Shown piece after piece: positions 47,139-55,552 of a DNA stretch of 64,000 bases. The notes under the pieces are model-generated. The model had not been told where the DNA came from, searched no databases, and saw nothing but the letters and a program-made list of their open reading frames with translations. This DNA is from an uncultured Candidatus Binatia bacterium (GTDB lineage Bacteria > Desulfobacterota > Binatia > HRBIN30), in assembly GCA_964498075.1 (NCBI GenBank), contig CAZCGA010000010.1, positions 9,247 through 73,246 of the forward strand. The letters are read 5' to 3'. Numbering within the stretch: position 1 is the stretch's first letter; each line of letters starts with the position of its first letter. The translations under genes were made by a program, and so were the position numbers.

Positions 47139-47474
47139 ATGGTGCGGAGGGCGGTGGTGGTCGGAGTGCTGCTGTGTGTGTTGGCGCAGGTCGCGGTGGC
47201 GAAGGAAAAGCAGAAGGAAGGCAGTGTCTGGGGCGATGCCGGATGGGGCCTGCTGGCAGTGACGGCCAACCTGCTCTACATGCCGGCGAAGGTGGTGTAC
47301 GCCAGTGTGGGCACGATCACCGGCGGGCTCGCCTATCTGTTGACGGCGGGTGACTCGGAGACCGCGCAGCGGGTGTGGAACCCGTCGATCGGCGGCAGCT
47401 ACGTGATCACCCCGGCGATGCTGCGCGGCGATGAAGAGATCCTGTTCAACGGACCGAGCTACTCGAATGACTGA
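47139..47474 (+). CDS. Small hypothetical secreted/membrane protein
   Basis: ATG follows GGGGAAGGGAGG. Signal peptide is MVRRAVVVGVLLCVLAQVAVA. A Gly-rich hydrophobic stretch is present. No family recognised. Confidence 0.45.
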   Translation: MVRRAVVVGVLLCVLAQVAVAKEKQKEGSVWGDAGWGLLAVTANLLYMPAKVVYASVGTITGGLAYLLTAGDSETAQRVWNPSIGGSYVITPAMLRGDEEILFNGPSYSND

Positions 47475-47513
47475 GCGTCCACGCCACCGGCGCGTGCACC
47501 GCTCCAAGGGGGA

Positions 47514-48110
47514 GTGATGAACAAAAACGTCATTGGCGGCATCGGCGCCGTCGTGCTGATCGCCGTCGGGTTCTTCGCGTACAAAGCCGTCATTCTGCGC
47601 GGCGAGACCGCCAAGTGGTCGGGGCCGATGCAAGAGATCGCCGAGGAGAAGATCGATCACGACAACACCATGACGCATGCGCGCTTCGTGTCGGTCATCG
47701 ACGCGCCGGTCGCCAAAGTACAGAGCGCCATCTGGAACGTGGAAGGCAGCCAGCAGATGGTCGAGAACATCAAGATGTCCAAGCTTCTCGAGAGCAAGGA
47801 GAACTCCAAGCTGGTGGAGATCAACCTGCAATCGCTCAACCTGCCGCTGCAGAACTTCACGATGCAGTGGACACTCTACCCCGACGAGCATCGGATCACG
47901 TTCAAGACGGTCAAGTCGCAGGCCCAGGACATCGAAGGCGAGTACAAGCTCGAAGCCTCCCCCGATGGTACGAAGACGCGGCTGGTGTACACCACCACGT
48001 CGAAGGACAAGGTCGCCGTGCCGTTCCCGCAGTCCGTCCTCGACAGCGCCAACCGCGAGACCTACGTGAACACCGTGCGCGGCATCCAGAGGGTCGTCAA
48101 GCAGGGCTAG
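47514..48110 (+). CDS. SRPBCC (START/polyketide-cyclase-like) superfamily protein with N-terminal anchor
   Basis: N-terminal TM segment is IGGIGAVVLIAVGFFAY. The next part is VIDAPVAKVQSAIWNVEGSQQMVENI...FTMQWTLYPDEHRITFKTV...GEYKLEASPDGTKTRLVY. Confidence 0.5.
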   Translation: MMNKNVIGGIGAVVLIAVGFFAYKAVILRGETAKWSGPMQEIAEEKIDHDNTMTHARFVSVIDAPVAKVQSAIWNVEGSQQMVENIKMSKLLESKENSKLVEINLQSLNLPLQNFTMQWTLYPDEHRITFKTVKSQAQDIEGEYKLEASPDGTKTRLVYTTTSKDKVAVPFPQSVLDSANRETYVNTVRGIQRVVKQG

Positions 48111-48116
48111 ACGAGT

Positions 48117-48193
48117 GGTTTCTGGTTGCTGGTTCCTCGTCTCTGGTGAACGAATCGAAACCAGAAACTGGAAACCAGAGACCGGAAACGATG
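48117..48193. repeat. 7-nt-periodic hairpin repeat filling the gap before engB
   Basis: Parse: GGTTTCT GGTTGCT GGTTCCT CGTCTCT GGTGAAC GAATCGA AACCAGA AACTGGA AACCAGA GACCGGA AACGATG. GGTTTCTGGTT is the reverse complement of AACCAGAAACC-type units. The last unit contains the engB ATG. Confidence 0.7.
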
Positions 48194-48781
48194 CAGCAAA
48201 CCCACACCGCCCGCTTCGTCGCTGGGGCCGCTGAGCTGGCGCGGCTACCGGCGCTGCGCCAACCCGAGATCGCCTTCGCCGGGCGCTCGAACGTCGGCAA
48301 GTCGTCGTTGCTGAATCGCCTCGTCGGGCACCACGGCCTGGCCCGCGTCAGCAAGACCCCGGGGCGCACCCAGCAGATCAACTTCTTCCTCATCGACGAG
48401 CGGCTGACGTTCGTCGACTTGCCCGGCTACGGCTTCGCGCGTGTACCGCTCCCGGTCAAAGAGCAGTGGAAGCAGCTGGTGGAGGCCTATCTGGGGCGCC
48501 GCCCGAACCTGCGCGCCGTGGTGGTCATCGTCGACCTGCGCCGTGGCGTCCAAGATGACGATGCGGCGCTGCTCGCCTCCCTGCGTGCGCAGGACCTGCC
48601 GGCGATCGTCGCGGCAACCAAGGCGGACAAGCTTGCCCGCGGCGAGCAGAAGCGCCGGGCGCAGGAGATCGCCGAGGCGGTGCCCGGCGCGTGCGTGGTC
48701 ATCACCTCCGCCACCAGCGGCGAGGGCATCGACCGCTTGTGGCAGGAGATCGCGGCACGTGTCGAACCGGTGCGGCGGTAG
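48191..48781 (+). CDS. engB: Ribosome-biogenesis GTPase EngB/YihA/YsxC
   Basis: Sequence is PEIAFAGRSNVGKSSLLNRLVG...SKTPGRTQQINFF...FVDLPGYGFA...ATKADKL. Confidence 0.85.
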   Translation: MQQTHTARFVAGAAELARLPALRQPEIAFAGRSNVGKSSLLNRLVGHHGLARVSKTPGRTQQINFFLIDERLTFVDLPGYGFARVPLPVKEQWKQLVEAYLGRRPNLRAVVVIVDLRRGVQDDDAALLASLRAQDLPAIVAATKADKLARGEQKRRAQEIAEAVPGACVVITSATSGEGIDRLWQEIAARVEPVRR

Positions 48782-49128
48782 GCGGAATGCACCATCAGGT
48801 ACAGCCGTGCGTGCTCTTGCTTGTCCGTCGCACGTCTCGCCACTCGCTTCTTGCCATCTGCGTGTAGCATTGAGTAGAGTGCCACCATGCCGAGTGCTGG
48901 ACGGGCACTCAGAGAAGACGGAGGTGGTCGCAAGAGGGCAGCCCTTGGAGATCGAGATCCTCGACGCGTCGAAGGTTGTGCAGAAGAAGGACGTGGAGGT
49001 CTCGATGGCGGCATTGTTTCTCGACCGGGTAGTGAGGGCGTCGGCTCGCGAGGCGAGCCTGGCGGGATGCCCGTGACGCTTGGACCGCCCACGAGCACGA
49101 ACACGAGTCACGAGAGGTAGGCGTGGCA

Positions 49129-49239
49129 ATGAGCGGCAGGGTGGCATTCGGCGAGTTCTTCCGGACGGCGACGGGCAAGCGCCCGTCCGACGACCAGCGA
49201 CGGCTGGCGGGCGAGGCGGGAGGAGCGAGCGCACAGTGA
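49129..49239 (+). pseudogene. Short degenerate copy of a cas3 5' end (fragment A)
   Basis: It encodes MSGRVAFGEFFRTATGKRPSDDQRRLAGEAGGASAQ then stop. At nucleotide and protein level it parallels fragment B (FSEFFREATG..P.DYQRRLA) and the intact Cas3 N-terminus (FGPFFRLVYGYNPFPWQERLA). The upstream GAGTCACGA is shared with fragment B. Confidence 0.5.
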
Positions 49240-49260
49240 AAGCATTGGGGAGGTGACGCG

Positions 49261-49533
49261 ATGGGACAGTGCATCTACGTGGCAGAAACAGAGAAGGGCC
49301 CGAGCACGCGCGAGATGCCGAGCGAGATGTGGATGAGCCCCGCCGCCGCGGGAGCTGAACTCGCGAAGGGGCATCTGCTCAATACGACCATCGGCGTGTG
49401 GTTTTACGAACGCGATCTCTGGGATAAGGCGGCGTTGCGGCGCCGCTTGCTCGCGCTGGTCGATTACGTCACCGCGCCCGAGTTCTTGCGCCACTACGAG
49501 GAATGGGGGCAGCAACAGCTCCGCAAGCGGTGA
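49261..49533 (+). CDS. Hypothetical 90-aa protein between the two cas3 fragments
   Basis: The ORF follows GGGGAGGTGACGCG. No family recognised. Confidence 0.3.
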   Translation: MGQCIYVAETEKGPSTREMPSEMWMSPAAAGAELAKGHLLNTTIGVWFYERDLWDKAALRRRLLALVDYVTAPEFLRHYEEWGQQQLRKR

Positions 49534-49604
49534 GGTCGAAGAGGCAGAGCCGGGATGGCTGCAGATCCGAGGCGAGTCACGAACCACCAGCACGGGTCAC
49601 GCAC

Positions 49605-49806
49605 ATGACCTTCAGCGAGTTCTTCCGTGAGGCGACGGGCTGCGAGCCGTTCGACTATCAGCGGCGGCTGGCGACGGAGGTGTGTGCCGAGGGCCGGCCC
49701 GAAGTCGCTGGCGATCAACGTGCCGATGGGTGCGGGGAAGACCGCCGCGGCGGTGCTCGCGTGGCTGTGGAATCGCCGCGGGCCGGAGGCTTTCTGCGAG
49801 TTGTAG
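49605..49806 (+). pseudogene. Frameshifted, truncated cas3 5' fragment (fragment B) retaining the helicase Walker A region
   Basis: Frame 1 reads MTFSEFFREATGCEPFDYQRRLATEVCAEGRP. After a +1 shift it continues KSLAINVPMGAGKTAAAVLAWLWNRRGPEAFCEL then stop. The intact Cas3 reads PFPWQERLASDV....VLALPTSAGKTAAIDIAVFAL. Confidence 0.6.
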
Positions 49807-49865
49807 CCAACCGCGATGTGGGTGATTGGAATCATTCACGTCGGTATCAGATGGAGGAGTAGACA

Positions 49866-51122
49866 ATGGCTGACAAAGCGGAGGTTCCGAACATCACGTT
49901 TGAGCAACTGAAGAAGGCGGTTGGCGGAAGCGCCGCCGCGATCCGCGTGGTCACCAAGCTCATGCCGGCTGGCGGACCAGGCGACAAGGTGTTCCCGCCG
50001 ACATACGAGGGGGGTAAGTATGCCACCGAGCGGCGCCGAGTTGGAGACCAAGAGATCGATACCGTGCTGCTCGACTCGGTGCAATCCCAAGCCAATCGGA
50101 TGGAACTCGCACTGAAAGCGGCTTTCGAGCGCGAAGAAGTGAAGTTTCCTTTGTTGGCCGTGGATTTCAGCAAGGAATTTCCCCAAATCGGCGTGATCAC
50201 CGCTTTGGACGCGCCGCACCGGATTGCGGACGCCATCTTTCGGGATAGCTTGCTGGACGGAAGGCCGTTTCGCGAATCAGAAAAGGGAAAGCTGTTCACC
50301 AGTGCGAGGGTAAGCAACGCGACGCCGCTATTCGAGTTGTGCCCGACGGCGCTAGTCTTCGGCATGTGGGACTCGAACATCAAACTCGGCGGAACTGGTG
50401 CAAAGTTCGCGCGCGCGCTGGTTTCCGAAATTGTAGGATTCGCGGCCGTGCTGGGAAAGAAGACTTCAAGCCGAATCGACCCCCTTCAGATCGTCAAAGC
50501 GGCCGGTCCGATCTTCGAGGGCAAACAGGGCGGCTGGACTTCAAACGAAGCTCGCGCGCGCACAGAGACCAAGAAGACGAAGGAGGGTGGCAAGGAGGTC
50601 GAGAAGACCATCCCAATCCCGTTTGGTGGAGGCAACCCTGCCGACCTCATCCATGGGAACATTCCGCCGACGATTGCCGATGGTGGGTTCACGATCAGCC
50701 ACGCGATCCAGACCACGGTACTGTCACTACCCGCGCTGCGCCGCCTCCGCTTCCCGCTCGCCGGCTCGAAAGCCGATCCTCGAGTAGACCAGGCTGCGCG
50801 CACCGTACTCGCCGCCTTGGCACTGACAGCCATCACCTATCAACGGGAAGAGGGATATGACCTACGCTCCCGTTGCCTACTTGTACCGACGGAACGCTCG
50901 ATCTTCGAACTTCTGCCGGGTGACGGCACTGCTGCAAGCCAGTTCGAAATGCGTACGACCGAGGCTCGTACGCTCTTGGAGCAGGCCGTCGAGACGGCGC
51001 GCAAAGCTAAGCTACCCTGGCGGGATGACGCGCTGATCGAGCTGAAGCCTGGCCCCGACCTAGTGGAACTGGTTAGGAGAAGTATCGAGATCCAAGCGCA
51101 GTCGCTGCAACCCGAGGCGTGA
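49866..51122 (+). CDS. csb1: Type I-G (I-U) CRISPR-associated RAMP protein Csb1 / Cas7
   Basis: GGAGGAG lies 8 nt before the ATG. The N-terminus is ...IRVVTKLMPAGGPGDKVFPPTYEGGKYA...LDSVQSQANRME, as I recall for GSU0053-family Cas7u. Operon context supports the call. Confidence 0.7.
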   Translation: MADKAEVPNITFEQLKKAVGGSAAAIRVVTKLMPAGGPGDKVFPPTYEGGKYATERRRVGDQEIDTVLLDSVQSQANRMELALKAAFEREEVKFPLLAVDFSKEFPQIGVITALDAPHRIADAIFRDSLLDGRPFRESEKGKLFTSARVSNATPLFELCPTALVFGMWDSNIKLGGTGAKFARALVSEIVGFAAVLGKKTSSRIDPLQIVKAAGPIFEGKQGGWTSNEARARTETKKTKEGGKEVEKTIPIPFGGGNPADLIHGNIPPTIADGGFTISHAIQTTVLSLPALRRLRFPLAGSKADPRVDQAARTVLAALALTAITYQREEGYDLRSRCLLVPTERSIFELLPGDGTAASQFEMRTTEARTLLEQAVETARKAKLPWRDDALIELKPGPDLVELVRRSIEIQAQSLQPEA

Positions 51123-52577
51123 ATGCTCATCCTCGCGCTTGAGTACCTGACGGGGCGTGCGGTCGCGACGCGCTTCAGCGAGCGCGACGAGCCGGAGTGG
51201 CCGCCACACCCGGCACGGTTGTTCTCCGCCATGGTGGCCGCAATGCATGAGACGGGGAACGATGCCGGCGAACGTGCCACCCTGCAATGGCTAGAACAGC
51301 AAGAGCCACCTGCGCTGTCGGTGAGTGTAGCGACACAGCGAACAACCGTATCCACCTTTGTGCCCGTCAACGATTCCAACGACCAATTCAAGAGAAAGAA
51401 GGATGGCATCCGACTCCTGCAGCAGATTTCCGCGACGTGTGAGTTGCGACGCGACAGGCAGGTGCGCTCCTTCCCGTCAGTGACACCCGAGAACGCAAGC
51501 GTTCACTTTGTGTGGGACCGGGCCGAGCCATCTGAGGGCGTCCGTGCCGCGCTTTCGGCACTTGCGGCCAAGGTGACCTATCTGGGCCACTCGTCCTCAC
51601 TAGTGTCGTTGCGGGTTTCCAACGATCGACCGGATGCTGCGCTGCTCCCAGACGATGCCGGAAGCCTTGCTCTGCGCGTTCCTGGTCCTGGGCAGTTGGA
51701 AGCGCTAGAGCGCGCCTTCCAGACTTACGCAAGGTCGGGTCAGCGGGTTCGTTTGCCCGCTCGTTTCCAGAAGTACCGACGTCAAGACAAGGACGCGCCG
51801 ATGCCGGCCGACGAAGTGCTTGGTGTCTTCGGAGACCTGATCGTGTTTCGGCGCGTCGAGGGACGGGCAGCCCCGCTCACCGCTGCGACAGCGGTTGCAA
51901 GTGCGATGAGAAATGCGGCGATGCGGAAGGCTATTCAACCTGTTCCAGAGGTCCTGAGTGGACACCGGCCCGATGGTACGCCCAGCGAGATTGCTCACGT
52001 TGCTTTCGTTGCCCTTGGTGACGTTGGTCACGACCATGCCGACGGCCACCTGATGGGTGTGGCGGCAGTGCTTCCGAGGAGCTTGGTCGGCGACGAGCGT
52101 CGCGCAGTGCTGCAGGCACTTGGGAGAATTGAGAAACTGACAATGGGTTCCCTTGGTGTTTGGGGAATGGAACGCGTAACTACCGAGGTAACGCAACGAG
52201 GGCTAACGACCACAACTTGGACGCGGTCCGCGAAACGTTGGGCAAGCGTCACGCCGGTTGTGCTCGACCGGTTCCCCAGCGAGCGATATGGGGCTGAGGC
52301 TGAAGATATCGTGGCGACGTCATGCGAACGCGCCGGACTGCCCCGGCCGATGGATGTTGTCGTCGCACCCGTATCGCTCATTCAGGGTGTTCCCCCGAGC
52401 CGCAGTTTTCAACCCCAACAGAAGCCCGGAATGCCGCGCCGTCTGCACGTACACGTCGTTCTCACATTTCCGACCGCCGTGCGTGGGCCGGTGTTGATCG
52501 GTGCGGGGCGCTACCGTGGCCTAGGCTTGTGCCGGCCATTGTCTGGCTCGTCCTCCGGCTCCGAACGCCAGCTATGA
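51123..52577 (+). CDS. csb2: Type I-G (I-U) CRISPR-associated protein Csb2 (Cas5/Cas6-like fusion)
   Basis: The ATG directly abuts the csb1 stop. The N-terminus MLILALEYLTGRAVATRFSERDEPEWPPHPARLFSAMVAA matches the characteristic Csb2 opening (GSU0054 family). Confidence 0.7.
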   Translation: MLILALEYLTGRAVATRFSERDEPEWPPHPARLFSAMVAAMHETGNDAGERATLQWLEQQEPPALSVSVATQRTTVSTFVPVNDSNDQFKRKKDGIRLLQQISATCELRRDRQVRSFPSVTPENASVHFVWDRAEPSEGVRAALSALAAKVTYLGHSSSLVSLRVSNDRPDAALLPDDAGSLALRVPGPGQLEALERAFQTYARSGQRVRLPARFQKYRRQDKDAPMPADEVLGVFGDLIVFRRVEGRAAPLTAATAVASAMRNAAMRKAIQPVPEVLSGHRPDGTPSEIAHVAFVALGDVGHDHADGHLMGVAAVLPRSLVGDERRAVLQALGRIEKLTMGSLGVWGMERVTTEVTQRGLTTTTWTRSAKRWASVTPVVLDRFPSERYGAEAEDIVATSCERAGLPRPMDVVVAPVSLIQGVPPSRSFQPQQKPGMPRRLHVHVVLTFPTAVRGPVLIGAGRYRGLGLCRPLSGSSSGSERQL

Positions 52578-55552
52578 AGCCCAGCGACTTCGGTCCGTTC
52601 TTCCGTCTCGTGTACGGCTACAACCCGTTCCCTTGGCAGGAGCGCCTAGCGTCGGATGTGATCACTCGCGGAACCTGGCCCTCGGTCCTCGCACTGCCCA
52701 CGAGCGCCGGAAAGACAGCAGCCATCGACATCGCCGTGTTTGCCCTGGCCTGTGAAGCGGACCGACCGCTTCAGCAGCGTCATGCCCCTTTACGAATCTT
52801 CTTCGTGATCGACCGCCGCATCGTGGTCGACGAGGCATATGCCCGTGCCCAGTTTCTGGCAGAGAAGCTTCGCGCCGCTCTCAAGGAACCCTCAGGCATC
52901 TTGCGCCAAGTGGCTGAGCGCCTGGTCGCACTCGGTGGAAGCGCCCCACTTCAGGTGTGTGCGATGCGTGGGGGGATGTACCGCGACACCACCTGGGCTC
53001 GCTCACCGGCTCAGCCGACCGTTTGTGTCTCAACGGTCGACCAAGTGGGCTCGCGCCTTTTGTTCCGGGGATACGGATTGGGTAGCGGCGTGTGCAACAC
53101 GCGCTCGATCCATGCTGGGCTAACGGGAAGTGATGCGCTCATCATTCTGGACGAAGCGCATCTGTCACAGCCGTTTCGCGAGACGCTTGGTGCGCTTGAG
53201 CGCTATCGCGCTTGGGCAGAGCGGTCGCTCTCCACACCTTGGCAAACCGTCCTCATGTCGGCCACCCCCGCACAAGGGGATGGTCTTTTCCGAGACGAAG
53301 CTGAGGATCGAGCGCACCCGGTCCTTGGAAAGCGCCTGACAGCGCGGAAGCGCGCCCGCCTAGTGCCCGTAACGTGCGAGATCGCGAAAGATAAGGACCC
53401 TGCTGAACGTAAGCGAGAGCTGGAACAGAAGAACCGCGACGTGCTTGTTGGCGCGATCTGTACACAGGTCATGCGTCTATGCGAGGACTTGCCCACCGGG
53501 AGTGTCGTCGGCATTGTCGTGAATCGCGTCGGCACCGCCCGGGGGGTATTCGATCGCCTTCGCGAGCAAGCGGATGCCGACACGATCTTGCTCACCGGCC
53601 GCACGCGGTCCTACGATCGGGACCGTCTGTTGGACCGGTGGCTCCCGCGAATGAAAGCAGGCCGTGACCGCACGGTGCAGGCGGAGCGCAGCCTCTTTGT
53701 CGTCGCCACGCAATGCATAGAAGTCGGAGCGAACCTTGATTTCGACGTCTTGGTGACTGAATGCGCCTCTCTGGATGCGCTGCGCCAACGCTTTGGACGA
53801 CTCGATCGGCTGGGCGAACTTGGGGATTCGCGCGCAGTGATCGTTGTTCGCAGCGACCACGCCAAGGCAACCGACGATGCAGTGTACGGATCAGCGCTCG
53901 CCGCAACGTGGAAATGGCTGAACGCTCAGGTGACGGTCCAGGGCCGAGGGAAAAACAAGGAATCGTTCGTTGACCTCGGAGTTGTGGCGAGCGCGGAACG
54001 ATTGCCGGAAGGCGACGTGCTCGCCAAGCTTTGCTCCCCGGCGCCCCACGCGCCGGTGATGCTTCCTGCCCATCTCGACATGTGGGTACAGACCAGCCCG
54101 GTGCCAGCACCAGATCCGGATGTGGCCCTCTTCCTCCATGGCCCAACATCGGGACCTCCGGACGTTCAGGTCGTCTGGCGAGGGGACTTGGTGGAGGGTC
54201 GAGAAGTAGAGTGGGCAGACGTCGTCGCGCTCGTTCCACCGTCGTCAGGTGAGGCGATGCCTATACCACTCTATGCCGCACGCGCCTGGCTGGCGAAGCC
54301 CGAGGCCACGGACGCGGCGAACCAGATGGCAGATGTCGAGGGGACGGAGGAGTCCGAGCTTGAGAACACACCCGGCGTCGGCCGGAACGCGCTCCGGTGG
54401 AGAGGGCTGGAGCAGAGCGAGATCATCCGCGCCGACGGGTTGCGCCCTGGTGACACCGTTGTGCTTCCCTCGACGTATGGCGGAGCAGATGAGTTTGGAT
54501 GGAATCCAACTTCAAGCGCTCTAGTCACAGATATTGGAGACGCAGTCTCGATGCGGCAAAGGTCGACTGCCGCACTACGCATCTACCCTACTGTGATTCG
54601 CGAATGGCTCCCCAAGCAGCCCGACGGTTCCTCCAACGCACTCTCGGCTGCCATTTACCGCCTCATCGACAGTATCGACACGGACGAGGAAGTGGGGGAG
54701 TCTGACGTCCTGGTTGCGATCTCCGAGAGTCTGGAGATCGCCGAGTCCGTGCGCCAGGCGGCGACGGTATTGGCCGCTGATCGCCGCTGTCGGCGCATGA
54801 TCTACCCAGACAGAAAAGGGCTTGCTTTCACAGCCAGTCGTCGGTTGCCATTGGCGGCGAGGGCGCTGGTTGATGCCGAGCTAGTTGCCCAGTTCACGGA
54901 CGAAGACGATGCCTCCTGCATGACCCGCAAGGTTACGCTGAGCGAGCATAGTTGCGGCGTAGTATCGTTCGCCCGGCAGTTCGCTACGGCGTGCCGATTA
55001 CCCAACGACCTCATCGACGATCTTGCGCTTGCGGCCTGGCTGCACGATGTTGGCAAGGCCGACCCTCGCTTTCAGGTAATGCTCCACGGTGGAGACGAAG
55101 TGGCCGCAGCGGTAGCTGGCGAGCCAGTTGCGAAGTCCGGCATGAATCCGCGCAACCGCGGAGCATACAGACTCGCACGCGAGCGCTCGTGCTACCCCGA
55201 CGGCGGGCGGCATGAATGCCAATCGCTTGCGCTCGTTGCCGCAAACGACGAAGCGCTTGCCAGCGCGCATGACCGGGACCTCGTCCTCCACCTCGTGGGC
55301 AGCCATCACGGCTGCGGACGCCCGTTCATGCCGGTGGTCAACGACCTATCTCCGGTCGATGTGTCGGTCCGGCATGGCGATATCCAGCTAGCGGCGAGCA
55401 GTGCTCACCGGTTGGAGCGGTTGGATTCGGGCGTGTCGGATCGATTCTGGCGGCTCGTCCGCCGATACGGCTGGTATGGCCTCGCGCATCTCGAAGCGAT
55501 TCTCCGCTTGGCCGACCATCGACGGTCAGAGCAAGAGGAGGAGCCACCATGA
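52574..55552 (+). CDS. cas3: Type I-G (I-U) Cas3 helicase-nuclease with C-terminal HD domain
   Basis: ATG 52574 overlaps the csb2 stop (ATGA). Motif I is LPTSAGKTAA and the DEAH box is LIILDEAHLS. The C-terminal HD is AAWLHDVGKADPRFQ...LVGSHHG...LADHRRS. Confidence 0.85.
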   Translation: MKPSDFGPFFRLVYGYNPFPWQERLASDVITRGTWPSVLALPTSAGKTAAIDIAVFALACEADRPLQQRHAPLRIFFVIDRRIVVDEAYARAQFLAEKLRAALKEPSGILRQVAERLVALGGSAPLQVCAMRGGMYRDTTWARSPAQPTVCVSTVDQVGSRLLFRGYGLGSGVCNTRSIHAGLTGSDALIILDEAHLSQPFRETLGALERYRAWAERSLSTPWQTVLMSATPAQGDGLFRDEAEDRAHPVLGKRLTARKRARLVPVTCEIAKDKDPAERKRELEQKNRDVLVGAICTQVMRLCEDLPTGSVVGIVVNRVGTARGVFDRLREQADADTILLTGRTRSYDRDRLLDRWLPRMKAGRDRTVQAERSLFVVATQCIEVGANLDFDVLVTECASLDALRQRFGRLDRLGELGDSRAVIVVRSDHAKATDDAVYGSALAATWKWLNAQVTVQGRGKNKESFVDLGVVASAERLPEGDVLAKLCSPAPHAPVMLPAHLDMWVQTSPVPAPDPDVALFLHGPTSGPPDVQVVWRGDLVEGREVEWADVVALVPPSSGEAMPIPLYAARAWLAKPEATDAANQMADVEGTEESELENTPGVGRNALRWRGLEQSEIIRADGLRPGDTVVLPSTYGGADEFGWNPTSSALVTDIGDAVSMRQRSTAALRIYPTVIREWLPKQPDGSSNALSAAIYRLIDSIDTDEEVGESDVLVAISESLEIAESVRQAATVLAADRRCRRMIYPDRKGLAFTASRRLPLAARALVDAELVAQFTDEDDASCMTRKVTLSEHSCGVVSFARQFATACRLPNDLIDDLALAAWLHDVGKADPRFQVMLHGGDEVAAAVAGEPVAKSGMNPRNRGAYRLARERSCYPDGGRHECQSLALVAANDEALASAHDRDLVLHLVGSHHGCGRPFMPVVNDLSPVDVSVRHGDIQLAASSAHRLERLDSGVSDRFWRLVRRYGWYGLAHLEAILRLADHRRSEQEEEPP

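Noticed and set aside
48894-49076. Possible 60-aa ORF (VLDGHSEKTEVVARGQPLEIEILDASKVVQKKDVEVSMAALFLDR...) between engB and the first cas3 fragment.
   Set aside because: It has a GTG start with no convincing RBS, no recognisable family, and is the tail of a longer shadow ORF (48441..49076). The evidence is insufficient to call a gene.
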